A stretch of 47,094 nt of DNA from Dehalococcoidia bacterium (GCA_041494685.1 JBGQBE010000022.1:1-47094), one strand, 5' to 3'. Positions 18,528 through 28,323 are shown, numbered from the stretch's first letter. Program-made: numbers and translations. Notes: a model not told the origin generated them from the letters alone.

Positions 18528-20894
18528 CTACCCCCACCAGCCGCGGTCGATGCCCGTGAACAGCACCAGCGGCACCACCAGCACCAGCGTCGCCAGCGCC
18601 ATGCCCAGCGCCGGCCCCGCGTTCGCCGACCAGAACGCGCGCGCGTTCCGCTCGTCGTACGTGTTGCCGCTGCGCCGGGCGATGCGCGGCGCCTGCGACC
18701 GCAGCCGCAGGCTGTTACTCATCACCGAGACGCTGCTGAACGCCATCGCCCCGCCCGCGATCACCGGGTTCAGCAGCCCCAGCGCCGCGATCGGGATCGC
18801 CACGACGTTGTAGCCGAACGCCCACACGAGGTTCTGCTTGATCGTGCCGAGCGTCGCGCGGCTCAGCGCGATCGCCTCCGCCACCTTCGAGATGTCGCCG
18901 TGCAGCAGCGTGATGTCGCCCGCCTCGATCGCCACGTCCGTGCCGGTGCTCATCGCGATGCCGATGTCGGCCTGCGCCAGCGCCGGCGCGTCGTTGACGC
19001 CGTCTCCCCCCATCGCCACGCGCAGCCCCTGCGCCTGCAACTCGCGCACGAACGCCAGCTTGTCCTCTGGCCGCGCCGACGCGCGCCACTCGCGCACGCC
19101 CGCCGCCTGCGCCACGCTCGCCGCGGCGCGCTCGTTGTCGCCGGTCATCATCACGACGCGCAGGCCCAGCGCGTGCAGCGCTTCCACCGCGCGCGGCGCG
19201 TTCTTCTTCACTTCGTCGGCGATGCCGACGACGCCCTCGATGCGCCCGTCCACCGCCGCGAAGATCACCGTCCGCCCGGCCTGCTCCAGCCGCTCAAACT
19301 CCGCCTCGGCATCCGCATCCACCGCGATGCCATGCTCGTCGATCAGCCGCCGGTTGCCCGCCACAACGCGGCGGCCCTCCACTGTCGCCAACACGCCGCG
19401 CGCCGTCGCCGACGCGAAGTCGGCCGCCGCCGGCAGCGCGTAGCCCGCGTCCACCGCCGCATCGACGATCGCGCGGCTCAGCGGGTGGTCACTGCCCTGC
19501 TCCGCCGCGGCGACCAGCGTCAGCAGCGCGCCCTCCGGCATCACGCCGATCGGCACTACGTCCGTCACCTGCGGGCGGCCCTCCGTCAGCGTGCCGGTCT
19601 TGTCCAGCACGATGACGTCCAGCGTGCGCGTCGCCTCCAGCACCTCCGCGTTGCGGACCAGGATGCCGCGCTCGGCGCCCAGGCCGGTGCCGACCATGAT
19701 CGCTGTCGGCGTCGCCAGCCCCAGCGCGCACGGGCAGGCGATCACCAGCACCGCCACCGCGGCGCGCATCGCCGTCACCCAGCCGCCGCCGCCCAGCCCC
19801 CACGCCAGGAATGTCGCCAGTGCGATCGTGATCACGACCGGCACGAACACCGCCGCGACCTGGTCCACCAGCTTCTGGATCGGCGCCTTCGAGCCCTGCG
19901 CCTCCTCCACCAGCTTCGCCATGCGCGCCAGCGTCGTCGCCGCGCCCACCGCCGTCGCCTCCACGCGCAGCACGCCGTCCTGCGCCACCGTGCCGCCGAT
20001 CACCGCGTCGCCCGCGCGCTTCTCGACCGGGATCGACTCGCCGGTGATCATCGCCTCGTCCACTGCCGCGTGCCCGTCGCGTACCACACCGTCCACGGCG
20101 ATGCGCTCGCCGGGCCGCACGACGAACACGTCGCCCGCGCGCACCTGCTCGACCGGGATCTCCACCTCCGCACCGTCGCGCAGCACACGCGCCGACTTCG
20201 CCGTCAGTCCCAGCAGCATGCGGATCGCCGAAGATGCCGCGCCCTTCGAGCGCTCCTCGAAGTACTTGCCCATCGTGATGAACACCAGCACCGCCACCGA
20301 CACGTCGAAGAACATGTCGTACGGCCGCTGCCAGATCACCACCCACGCGCCGAACGCGAACGCCACGCTCGTGCCCAGCGCGATCAGCACGTCCATGTTC
20401 GGGTTCAGGTGCCGCAGCGATATCCAGGAGCCGCGGTAGTAGCGCCAGCCCAGCACCGCCTGCACCGGCGTCGCCAGCGCCAGCACGATCCAGCCGTGCA
20501 GCGTCGCGTTGTCCGCGATCATCAGCCCGGCGATGTCCATCGCCATCGCCAGGATCACCGCCGGCGCGCCCAGCGCCGCGCCGAACAGCACCAGCAGCAG
20601 CGTGCGGCGCGCGTGGTCCTCGCGCTCGTTCCCGCGGCCGCGGTCCGGCGCCGACTCCGCCGCGTGGTAGCCGGCCTTCTCGACCGCGGCGATCAGCGCG
20701 TCGATCGGCACGCCGGCGGGCGCCGTAACGAGCGCCGTCTCCGCGGCGAAGTTGACGTTCGCCGACTCGACCCCGTCGACCTTGCTCAGCGCGCGCTCGA
20801 CGCGCCGCACGCACGACGCGCAGGTCATGCCGGTGATGTCCAGCGTCGCCGCGCTCGCGGTCCTGCCGGGTGCGGGTTTGGTTGCGACGGCCAT
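18528..20894 (-). CDS. copA: Copper-translocating P1B-type ATPase
   Basis: GMTCASC HMA domain, [43 protein letters not shown]. Confidence 0.95.
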   Translation of the reverse strand: MAVATKPAPGRTASAATLDITGMTCASCVRRVERALSKVDGVESANVNFAAETALVTAPAGVPIDALIAAVEKAGYHAAESAPDRGRGNEREDHARRTLLLVLFGAALGAPAVILAMAMDIAGLMIADNATLHGWIVLALATPVQAVLGWRYYRGSWISLRHLNPNMDVLIALGTSVAFAFGAWVVIWQRPYDMFFDVSVAVLVFITMGKYFEERSKGAASSAIRMLLGLTAKSARVLRDGAEVEIPVEQVRAGDVFVVRPGERIAVDGVVRDGHAAVDEAMITGESIPVEKRAGDAVIGGTVAQDGVLRVEATAVGAATTLARMAKLVEEAQGSKAPIQKLVDQVAAVFVPVVITIALATFLAWGLGGGGWVTAMRAAVAVLVIACPCALGLATPTAIMVGTGLGAERGILVRNAEVLEATRTLDVIVLDKTGTLTEGRPQVTDVVPIGVMPEGALLTLVAAAEQGSDHPLSRAIVDAAVDAGYALPAAADFASATARGVLATVEGRRVVAGNRRLIDEHGIAVDADAEAEFERLEQAGRTVIFAAVDGRIEGVVGIADEVKKNAPRAVEALHALGLRVVMMTGDNERAAASVAQAAGVREWRASARPEDKLAFVRELQAQGLRVAMGGDGVNDAPALAQADIGIAMSTGTDVAIEAGDITLLHGDISKVAEAIALSRATLGTIKQNLVWAFGYNVVAIPIAALGLLNPVIAGGAMAFSSVSVMSNSLRLRSQAPRIARRSGNTYDERNARAFWSANAGPALGMALATLVLVVPLVLFTGIDRGWWG

Positions 20895-20930
20895 GGCGGC
20901 CTCCCGTGTGATCTCTGGTGCGGACGAGCG

Positions 20931-21146
20931 CTACGCCTTCACGCTCGCCTCGTAGCCCTCTTCTTCGATCGCGGCGATGATCGCCTGCACGTCGAACTCG
21001 CCATCGACGCGCGCGGCGTTCTCGGCCAGCGACACCTGCGCGTCCTTCACGCCGGCCACGCCCTTCACGGCCTCGGTGACATGGTGCACGCAGTTGTCGC
21101 AGGTCATCCCCTTGACGGCGAATGTGATGGTCTTGCCGGTGGTCAT
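20931..21146 (-). CDS. copZ: Copper chaperone (HMA domain)
   Basis: GMTCDNC; AGGAGG RBS before ATG 21146. Confidence 0.88.
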   Translation of the reverse strand: MTTGKTITFAVKGMTCDNCVHHVTEAVKGVAGVKDAQVSLAENAARVDGEFDVQAIIAAIEEEGYEASVKA

Positions 21147-21189
21147 CTCGATCCTCCTGTGCATGCCCTCGCGGGCTCCCCCTCGCCGG

Positions 21190-21456
21190 CTACTTGCCGG
21201 CCATCTCATACAGTTCGCTCAGCTCCGCCAGCACGGCGTCCTCGCGGCCGTCGCGGATGCCTTCGACCACGCAGGTGTGCAGGTGCCCGCCGAGCATGAT
21301 GCTGTCCATCTTCTCGATGGCGCGGCGCACGGCATACGTCTGCTTCAGGATGTCGACGCAGTACTTGTCCTGCTCCACCATGCGGCGGATCCCGGCCAGG
21401 TGCCCGTCGATGAAGTTGAGCCGCTTCAGGACGTCGGTTTTCGTATCTGGCAGCAT
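21190..21456 (-). CDS. csoR: Copper-sensing repressor, CsoR/RcnR family
   Basis: KRLNFIDGHLAGIRRMVEQDKYCVDILKQ...GHLHTCV with C-H-C ligands; GGAGG RBS before ATG 21456. Confidence 0.9.
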   Translation of the reverse strand: MLPDTKTDVLKRLNFIDGHLAGIRRMVEQDKYCVDILKQTYAVRRAIEKMDSIMLGGHLHTCVVEGIRDGREDAVLAELSELYEMAGK

Positions 21457-21467
21457 AGCATTCCTCC

Positions 21468-21489
21468 CATACCCCCTGGGTAGGGGTGT
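21468..21489 (-). promoter_or_regulatory. CsoR operator-like site
   Basis: Minus strand ACACCCCTACCCAGGGGGTATG, a C-tract/G-tract pseudo-palindrome directly upstream of the csoR RBS, like known CsoR operators. Confidence 0.75.
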
Positions 21490-21645
21490 CCGCGCAGGAT
21501 ACGATCCCCTGCCCGTCGCGAGCAAGTGCTGATCGGCCCTCGACTAACTACAACCCCTCCGTGCCTCTGTGTTGAGTCCCCGATCACCTCCAACCTCCGG
21601 ACCACGTTTCCCGCTTCCAACCGCATCCGCTACCATATGCCCGAT

Positions 21646-21702
21646 ATGGCAGATCGGACCGGCAGCAGCGTAGTAGTCGTATCGGTACGGCAGGCCCGTT
21701 GA
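21646..21702 (+). CDS. valS leader (attenuator) peptide MADRTGSSVVVVSVRQAR
   Basis: ATG GCA GAT CGG ACC GGC AGC AGC GTA GTA GTC GTA TCG GTA CGG CAG GCC CGT TGA: five Val in six codons, four of them GTA. An alternative in-frame ATG lies at 21637 and a TACCAT -10-like hexamer at 21631-21636. Confidence 0.8.
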   Translation: MADRTGSSVVVVSVRQAR

Positions 21703-21760
21703 CCGTCGGCTGAACCACGGCCGGCACAGCGGGCCCCTCGTGCGTGCGAGGGGCTTCTTC
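21693..21760 (+). terminator. Attenuator with mutually exclusive antiterminator and terminator
   Basis: Terminator GCCCCTCG-TGCGTG-CGAGGGGC-TTCTTC (21733-21760). Antiterminator GGCCCGTTG (21693-21701) pairs with CAGCGGGCC (21727-21735) and overlaps the terminator 5' arm. Confidence 0.75.
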
Positions 21761-21802
21761 GTGCCCGCGACGGCCTGTAGCACCCGGTGATGGAGCGAGC
21801 GC

Positions 21803-24652
21803 ATGACGCAGCAGCCTGAACCCGCGAATACTCCCCCGATGGCGAAGTCGTACGACCCGCGCGCCACCGAGGACCGCGTCTACCACTTCTGGGAGTCGCG
21901 CGGCTACTTCAAGCCCCGCATCGACCCCGCGAAGCAGCCGTTCTGCATCATCATGCCGCCGCCCAACGTCACAGGTGAGCTGCACATCGGCCACGCGCTC
22001 ACCGACACCGTGGAGGACATCCTGGTCCGCTGGCACCGCATGCTCGGCGACCCCACGCTCTGGGTGCCCGGCGTCGACCACGCCGGCATCGCGACGCAGA
22101 ACGTCGTCGAGAAGCAGCTGGCGAAGGAGGGACTCACGCGCCACGACCTGGGCCGCGACGAGTTCGAGAAGCGCGTCTGGCAGTGGGTCGGCCGCTACCG
22201 CCCGATCATCGGCAACCAGCACCGCCGCCTCGGCGCGTCCGCCGACTGGTCGCACGAAGTCTTCACGCTCGACGACGGCCCCCAGGCCGCCGTCCGCACG
22301 ACGTTCAAGAAGCTCTACGACGACGGCCTGGTCTACCGCGGCGAGCGCATGATCAACTGGTGCCCGCGCTGCCGCACCGCCCTCAGCGACCTCGAGGTCG
22401 AGCACGAGGACGAGCTGCGCAGCCTCTGGCACATCCGCTACCCCATCGTCACCGGACACGACGCCGAGGGCCGCCCGCAGACCGGCGACGAGCACATGAC
22501 CGTCGCCACTACGCGGCCCGAGACGTTCGTCGGCGACGTCGCCGTCGCCGTCAATCCGGACGACCCGCGCTACAAGGACAACGTCGGCCGCACCGTGCTG
22601 CTGCCCGTCATCCTGCGCGAGATCCCGATCGTCGCCGACGAGGCGGCCGAGGTGGAGTTCGGCACCGGCACCCTGAAGGTGACGCCCGGCCACGACCCGA
22701 CCGACTTCGAGATCGCGCAGCGCGCCGGCCTGCCGATCCTCAACGTCATGAACCTGGACGCCACGCTCAACAAGGAGGCCGGCCCCTACGCCGGCATGGA
22801 CCGCTACGAGGCGCGCGAGGTGATCCTGCGCGACCTCGAAGAGCTCGGCTACCTGGCGAAGACCGAACCGCACGAGATGCAGATCGGCGTCTGCACGCGC
22901 TGCCACACCGTCGTCGAGCCGCTCATGTCGTGGCAGTGGTTCGTGAACCAGCGCGCCCTCGCGCAGCCCGGCATCGACGCGGTGAAGGCGGGCCGCATCA
23001 AGTTCGTGCCGGACCGCTTCGAGCGCGTCTACCTGAACTGGATGGAGAACATCCGCGACTGGTGCGTCTCCCGCCAGCTCTGGTGGGGCCACCGCATCCC
23101 CGTCTGGTACAGCGCCGACGACGACGGCGACAAGATTATCGTCACCCTGCGCGACCCCGCCGCCGGCGTCACCGCCGAGCCGCGCGTCGGCACCTACAAC
23201 GAGCTGCGCGCGCAGGGCGTCACGCACGACGAGATCCTGCGCCACGGCACCTGGTCCGGCGTCGAGGCCACGCCCATCGTCGGCATCGAGACGCCGGAGC
23301 GCTCGCCGAAGGGTGGCGGCCACCTGCTGCAGGAGAACGACGTGCTCGACACGTGGTTCTCGTCCGGCCTCTGGCCGTTCTCGACGCTCGGCTGGCCCGC
23401 GCGGACCGAGGAGCTGACGTACTGGTACCCCACCTCCGTCATGGAGACGGGCTACGACATCATCTTCCTCTGGGTCGCCCGGATGATCATGCTCGGCCTC
23501 TACAACATGGACGAGATCCCGTACTCCGTCGTCTACCTGCACGGCACCGTCCGCAACGAGCACGGCCAGCGCATGAGCAAGTCGCTCGGCACCGGCGTTG
23601 ACCCGCTGGAGGTCGTCGAGAAGTTCGGCGCCGACGCGCTGCGCTACACGCTGATCACGTCCAGCGGCCCCGGCAACGACATGCGCCTCGCCGAGCAGCG
23701 CGTCGAGGCCGGCCGCAACTTCGCCAACAAGCTGTGGAACGCCGCCCGCTTCGTCATCTCGATGATCGGCAACGGAACCGTGCGGCTGCCCGACGCGATG
23801 CCCGGCCCGGACGCTCCGCTCGAGGACCGCTGGATCATGTCGCGCGTCGAGGGCCTCGCCCGCGGCGTCGACGACCTCATGCGGCGCTTCGAGTTGGGCG
23901 AGGCCGCGCGCCAGGTGTACGAGTTCGTCTGGGGCGAGTTCGCCGACTGGTACATCGAGATCGCCAAGGTGCGCGTGCGCGGCGAGAACCAGCGCGGCCC
24001 GTCGCCGCTGCCCGTGCTCGCGTATGTGCTGGACCGCTGCCTCCGCATGCTCCACCCGGTGATGCCGTTCGTCACGGAGGAGATCTGGCAGGCGCTGTCG
24101 CAGAAGATCGACGGCGTCGGCGAGGAGGCGCTGATCGTCGCCGCCTTCCCGCGCGGCGAAAGCGGCTACGCCGACGCCGCGGCGGAGCGCGATATGACGC
24201 TGCTGATCGAGATCGTCCGCGCCATCCGCAACATCCGCGCCGAGAAGAAAGTCGAGCCAGCGCGGCTGATCGAGGCCTACGTCGCAGGCGGCGCGGACGC
24301 GCCCATGCTGGAGGCGGGCCGCGCCTACATCGAGATCCTCGCGCGCGCCAAGCCCGTGCGCATCATCGCCGACGCCGCCGACGCGCCGCGCGACCAGGTC
24401 GCCACCGCCGTGCTGGAAGGCGCGACGGTCGTCGTGCCGCTCGCCGGCCTCTTCGACGTCGCGGCGGAGCGCGCTCGCCTCGAAAAGCAGATCGCCGACG
24501 CCGAGGCCGAGGCCGGCCGCATCGCGGAGAAGCTGGCGAACGAAGGGTTTCGCGCGAAGGCCCCCGCGAAGATCATCGCGACGGAAGAGGAGCGCCTCGC
24601 CGCAACGCGCGCCCGCATCGAAGGCCTCCGCGCCGGCCTGGCGGATCTGTAG
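21803..24652 (+). CDS. valS: Valine--tRNA ligase
   Basis: PPPNVTGELHIGHA, DHAGIATQ, DWCVSRQLWWGHRIP, DVLDTWFSS, RMSKS, C-terminal coiled coil. Confidence 0.97.
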   Translation: MTQQPEPANTPPMAKSYDPRATEDRVYHFWESRGYFKPRIDPAKQPFCIIMPPPNVTGELHIGHALTDTVEDILVRWHRMLGDPTLWVPGVDHAGIATQNVVEKQLAKEGLTRHDLGRDEFEKRVWQWVGRYRPIIGNQHRRLGASADWSHEVFTLDDGPQAAVRTTFKKLYDDGLVYRGERMINWCPRCRTALSDLEVEHEDELRSLWHIRYPIVTGHDAEGRPQTGDEHMTVATTRPETFVGDVAVAVNPDDPRYKDNVGRTVLLPVILREIPIVADEAAEVEFGTGTLKVTPGHDPTDFEIAQRAGLPILNVMNLDATLNKEAGPYAGMDRYEAREVILRDLEELGYLAKTEPHEMQIGVCTRCHTVVEPLMSWQWFVNQRALAQPGIDAVKAGRIKFVPDRFERVYLNWMENIRDWCVSRQLWWGHRIPVWYSADDDGDKIIVTLRDPAAGVTAEPRVGTYNELRAQGVTHDEILRHGTWSGVEATPIVGIETPERSPKGGGHLLQENDVLDTWFSSGLWPFSTLGWPARTEELTYWYPTSVMETGYDIIFLWVARMIMLGLYNMDEIPYSVVYLHGTVRNEHGQRMSKSLGTGVDPLEVVEKFGADALRYTLITSSGPGNDMRLAEQRVEAGRNFANKLWNAARFVISMIGNGTVRLPDAMPGPDAPLEDRWIMSRVEGLARGVDDLMRRFELGEAARQVYEFVWGEFADWYIEIAKVRVRGENQRGPSPLPVLAYVLDRCLRMLHPVMPFVTEEIWQALSQKIDGVGEEALIVAAFPRGESGYADAAAERDMTLLIEIVRAIRNIRAEKKVEPARLIEAYVAGGADAPMLEAGRAYIEILARAKPVRIIADAADAPRDQVATAVLEGATVVVPLAGLFDVAAERARLEKQIADAEAEAGRIAEKLANEGFRAKAPAKIIATEEERLAATRARIEGLRAGLADL

Positions 24653-24746
24653 CGGCCGCAGCCGCTATCGCCGCCGAGAACAGACAACAGAGAGCAGACA
24701 ACAGAAACGCAAGGCGAGGACCCCCTGCTGTCTGCTGTCGGCGGCT

Positions 24747-25127
24747 TCAGCCGCCGGCGCCGATCTCCGCGATCAGCCCGCCTGGATCCTCCACCGTGAT
24801 ATCGATGCGCTCGACGCGCGTCGTCGGCACGGGCAGCGGCGGCAGCAGCGGCATGCTGATCCGCTCGCGGAAGTGGATCGACACGACGCCGCCGCCCGCG
24901 GCGATCATGCCGATCGCGCCCGGACGCCAGCGCCAGCCGCGGCTCAGCCAGTAGCCCGGTCCGGGCGTGGCGCGCGCCACTTCGGAGCGCGGGAAGTTGC
25001 GATGGTAGAGGCCGAACGCCACGCGCACGCTGTCGGGCGTCACCTCCACGTACGAATTGCCGGGTGTCGCGCCCAGCACCAGCAGCGCCACCCGCGAGAA
25101 CGCATCGAACCGCACCGGATACCGCAT
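24747..25127 (-). CDS. Hypothetical protein of about 126 aa
   Basis: AAGGAGG RBS before ATG 25127; this is the protein-like C-terminal part (MRYPVRFD...TVEDPGGLIAEI) of the 982-aa shadow ORF. Confidence 0.65.
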   Translation of the reverse strand: MRYPVRFDAFSRVALLVLGATPGNSYVEVTPDSVRVAFGLYHRNFPRSEVARATPGPGYWLSRGWRWRPGAIGMIAAGGGVVSIHFRERISMPLLPPLPVPTTRVERIDITVEDPGGLIAEIGAGG

Positions 25128-25262
25128 GCCGCGCCTCCTTTCGCCTCGCGCGATCAGTCTAGATCGGCCGCGCAAGGCGCAGCGGCATCCGTCCCCCCAA
25201 TCTCCAGTCTCCGACGCCCAGTGAAGTTGCCCGCCCAGCCGCCGCGCCATACGATGTACAGC

Positions 25263-25565
25263 GTGACGACACCACAAACGACCGCGAAGGACGCGCACGA
25301 GACCTTCCTCGCGGAGATCGACTCCTGCCTCGACGAGATGCGCCCCTACGTCCATTCGCACGGCGGCGAGCTGAACCTCGTCGACTGGGAGCCGGAGGAA
25401 GGGCGGCTGCGCCTGCAGCTCGCCGGCTCGTGCCACGGCTGCCCGATGAGCATGGTCACCATGAAGCTCGGCATCGAGCGCATCGTCCAGGACCGCTTCC
25501 CCCAGGTGAAAATCGTCCAGGCGGTCAAAGTGGACGACTTCGACTACCCCGAACTGGGCGAGTAG
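25263..25565 (+). CDS. NifU/Nfu C-terminal domain Fe-S carrier protein
   Basis: LDEMRPYVHSHGGELNLV...LAGSCHGCPMSMVTMKLGIE; start is GTG 25263 or ATG 25254. Confidence 0.88.
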   Translation: MTTPQTTAKDAHETFLAEIDSCLDEMRPYVHSHGGELNLVDWEPEEGRLRLQLAGSCHGCPMSMVTMKLGIERIVQDRFPQVKIVQAVKVDDFDYPELGE

Positions 25566-25694
25566 CGCCCGCAAGCACTCCGCGCCATCACGGTCATTTC
25601 GATCTCCTCGCGCACTCGCCTTGCGCCGCGTACCGCGCCGTCCCGCATAATGCGGTGACCTCTCCCGCACAGTAGCGATCCCAGGAGGCTCCGC

Positions 25695-26705
25695 ATGATC
25701 GCCCCGTCCCGCCGCACTTCCGCACGCGCACGCTTCGCCATCATCCTGCTCGCCGCGTTCGCCGTCGCGGCCGCATCCTGCTCGCTCGTCGGCCAGGGCG
25801 ACCTGCACGTCTCGAACGACCTCAGCGGCATCGGCGCCGACAATACGACGCTGCGCGCCTTCGCGCCCGGCTCCGGCGACAGCTTCCCGCCGCCCGGCTG
25901 GCTCAGCCTCTTCGTCAAGGGCGACGACTTCGGCAGCCCGCCCGCGTACGGTATGAACGGCTACCTCTACCTCGTGCGCACGAACCTCGCCTGCCCGCAG
26001 TCTGAGGGCGCGCCCGAGACGTTCACCCTCGCCCAGGTGACGATCACCGGCGTCGTCACCGTGACGAGCGGGAGCGTGAACCAGTTCCTGCTCATGCAGG
26101 ACACGCCCGCCAACCGCCAGTCGAACTGGGCGCTGATGGAGATCAACGAGTTCGCCGGCTACCCCGGCGAGCACTTCATCCACCGCTGCGGCGCGGTCAC
26201 GTGGACCGGCACGTCGGCGTTGCTCGATCCCTGCACGCTGCGCACGTCGATCAGCGGCCAGCCGCTCAGCGACGGCAGGGTGTTCGCGCTGGACGCCAAC
26301 ACGAAGTGGCAGTTCTGCTACGGCGGCGCGGCGGCGGGCAGCAACGAGAAGTTCCTCTTCCACACCGACGACGGCGGCGCGACGTGGGCGCTGATCAGCC
26401 GCACGACCCTTGGCAGTCCGCCCGCCGAGGCAGGCGTCGGCGGACTGCCGAACGGCACCGGCGTCAGCGCGCTCTTCTTCCAGGACGCGAACAAGGGCTG
26501 GCTCGGCCTCAGCAGCCCCGGCCACAACCTGCTCCGCTCCACTGACGGCGGTCACAACTGGTCCGAGGTGGTAGTGCCGGACCTCGACCCCGGCGTGCCC
26601 GTCGAGTTCATCACGTTCACGACCAGCCTGAGCGGCTACTTCACCGCGCCCGCCGGCACGTGGACCACGTCCGACGGCGGCGCGAACTGGACGAAGTCGC
26701 CGTAG
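25695..26705 (+). CDS. Putative lipoprotein with BNR/Asp-box repeats
   Basis: Signal peptide with lipobox-like AAASC; Asp-boxes TDDGGATW, STDGGHNW and TSDGGANW; AGGAGG RBS. Confidence 0.7.
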   Translation: MIAPSRRTSARARFAIILLAAFAVAAASCSLVGQGDLHVSNDLSGIGADNTTLRAFAPGSGDSFPPPGWLSLFVKGDDFGSPPAYGMNGYLYLVRTNLACPQSEGAPETFTLAQVTITGVVTVTSGSVNQFLLMQDTPANRQSNWALMEINEFAGYPGEHFIHRCGAVTWTGTSALLDPCTLRTSISGQPLSDGRVFALDANTKWQFCYGGAAAGSNEKFLFHTDDGGATWALISRTTLGSPPAEAGVGGLPNGTGVSALFFQDANKGWLGLSSPGHNLLRSTDGGHNWSEVVVPDLDPGVPVEFITFTTSLSGYFTAPAGTWTTSDGGANWTKSP

Positions 26706-26840
26706 CGCGCGAGGCGACCACGTTCGCGACGCTGCGAAAAGCGCAGCAGGATGCCACCGGCCGGTAGCTGACGTCCCCGGCAGCGCCGTGCTACGATCGC
26801 CAACCACGGCGGCGGACAGCACGCCACCGGAGGAGGGCGC

Positions 26841-27728
26841 ATGACCGCCGGCACCAGCATCACGCCGAAGACCGACAACCAGCTCCGCCTGAGCGACGGC
26901 CGCATTCTCGGCTACGCCGAGTACGGCGACCCGGAGGGCGCGCCCGTGTTCTTCTTCCACGGCATGCCCGGCTCCCGGCTGGAAGGCGCGCTCGGCCACG
27001 ACGCCGCGGTCCGCCATCACGTCCGCGTCATCTCGACCGACCGCCCCGGCTACGGCCTCTCCACCTTCCAGCCAAAGCGCACGTTCCTGGATTGGCCCGG
27101 CGATGTCACGCAGCTCGCCGGCTCGCTCGGCATCGACCGCTTCGCGATCGCCGGTATCAGCGGCGGCGGCCCCTATGTCGCCGTCTGCGCGCTGCAAATC
27201 CCCCAGCGGCTCACGCACGCCGTGATGATCAGCGGCGTCGGCCCGTTCGACGTCCCGGGCGCCACGCAGGGGATGAGCCGTCAAAACCGCATGCTCTTCG
27301 CCGCGTCGCGCCGCGCGCCGATCCTCGTCCGCGTCGTCATGGCGTTCATGGCGCGCTCCATGAAGCGCTCGCCGGATCGCTTCATGGACCAGATGCTGAA
27401 GTCGCTGCCGGAACCGGATCGGAAGGTGCTGGCGGACCCCGCCCTGCGCGAGCTGTTCAAGCAGGACGCGCTGGAGTCGATGCGGCCCGGCGCGCGCGGC
27501 GCCGCGTACGAATCCGTCATGTACGCGCGCCCGTGGGGCTTCCGCCTCGAAGACATCACCATGCCCGTCACGCTCTGGCAGGGCGACGCCGATGTGAACG
27601 TGCCCGTCGTCATGGGCCGTTACCAGGCGACGGCGATCCCCAACTGCGACGCTCGCTTCTTCCCCGGCGAAGGCCACATGCTGATCTTCTCGCACATGGA
27701 CGAGCTCTTCGCGCTGACCGCGCGGTAA
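26841..27728 (+). CDS. Alpha/beta fold hydrolase
   Basis: FFHGMPGSR, DRPGYGLS, GISGGG nucleophile elbow, WQGDAD, EGH. Confidence 0.9.
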   Translation: MTAGTSITPKTDNQLRLSDGRILGYAEYGDPEGAPVFFFHGMPGSRLEGALGHDAAVRHHVRVISTDRPGYGLSTFQPKRTFLDWPGDVTQLAGSLGIDRFAIAGISGGGPYVAVCALQIPQRLTHAVMISGVGPFDVPGATQGMSRQNRMLFAASRRAPILVRVVMAFMARSMKRSPDRFMDQMLKSLPEPDRKVLADPALRELFKQDALESMRPGARGAAYESVMYARPWGFRLEDITMPVTLWQGDADVNVPVVMGRYQATAIPNCDARFFPGEGHMLIFSHMDELFALTAR

Positions 27729-27840
27729 CTGCTCTTCTTCGCGGCGGGGTTCTTCAGCCCACGCCGCCCGATTGAGAACGGCGCCGCTCCTGGCGCGCCG
27801 CTTCGATCGTGCGGCGGCGCTCTGCTACCCTGCCTGCACG

Positions 27841-28323
27841 ATGACCGGCACCCACACAGACACCGCAGCTAACGACTTCGACTGGGACGCGTGGATCGAG
27901 GCGCGCCGTGAGCTCTTCGAGCGCCGCCGCTGCTTCAACCAGTACGTCGGCATGCTGATGGACTCCGCCGGCCCCGGCTGGGCGCGGCTGCGCATGGCGC
28001 TCACACCCGACGTCATGAACCCCTTCGCCGCCGTGCACGGCGGCGCCATCAGCGCGCTGATCGACTCCGCCGCCGGCAGCGCCGTCGCCGCCGGCACGCT
28101 GCCCGACGACCGCATCATGGGCACGATCGACATGCAGGTGCACTTCCTTGAGCGCGCCCGCGGCGCCGCCCTCGTCGCCGAGGGTCGCATGGTGCGCGCC
28201 GGCAGAGCGATCGCGATCGCGCACGTCGACGTCCGCGACGATGCCGGCTCGCTCGTGGCGATGGGTACCGCGACGTTCCGCATGGGCGCGCCCGGCTCGC
28301 AGCGCCACCGCAACGAGGACTGA
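27841..28323 (+). CDS. PaaI family (hotdog-fold) thioesterase
   Basis: NPFAAVHGGAISALIDSAAG. Confidence 0.85.
   Translation: MTGTHTDTAANDFDWDAWIEARRELFERRRCFNQYVGMLMDSAGPGWARLRMALTPDVMNPFAAVHGGAISALIDSAAGSAVAAGTLPDDRIMGTIDMQVHFLERARGAALVAEGRMVRAGRAIAIAHVDVRDDAGSLVAMGTATFRMGAPGSQRHRNED

Noticed and set aside
21640..21800. T-box riboswitch upstream of valS
   Set aside because: No recognisable T-box consensus (AAGGTGGTACCGCG-like) and the leader is short; the Val-rich uORF explains the region better.
24747..27695. 982-aa minus-strand ORF
   Set aside because: Antisense shadow of nfu, the lipoprotein and the hydrolase; only the last 126 aa, with their own RBS, look real.
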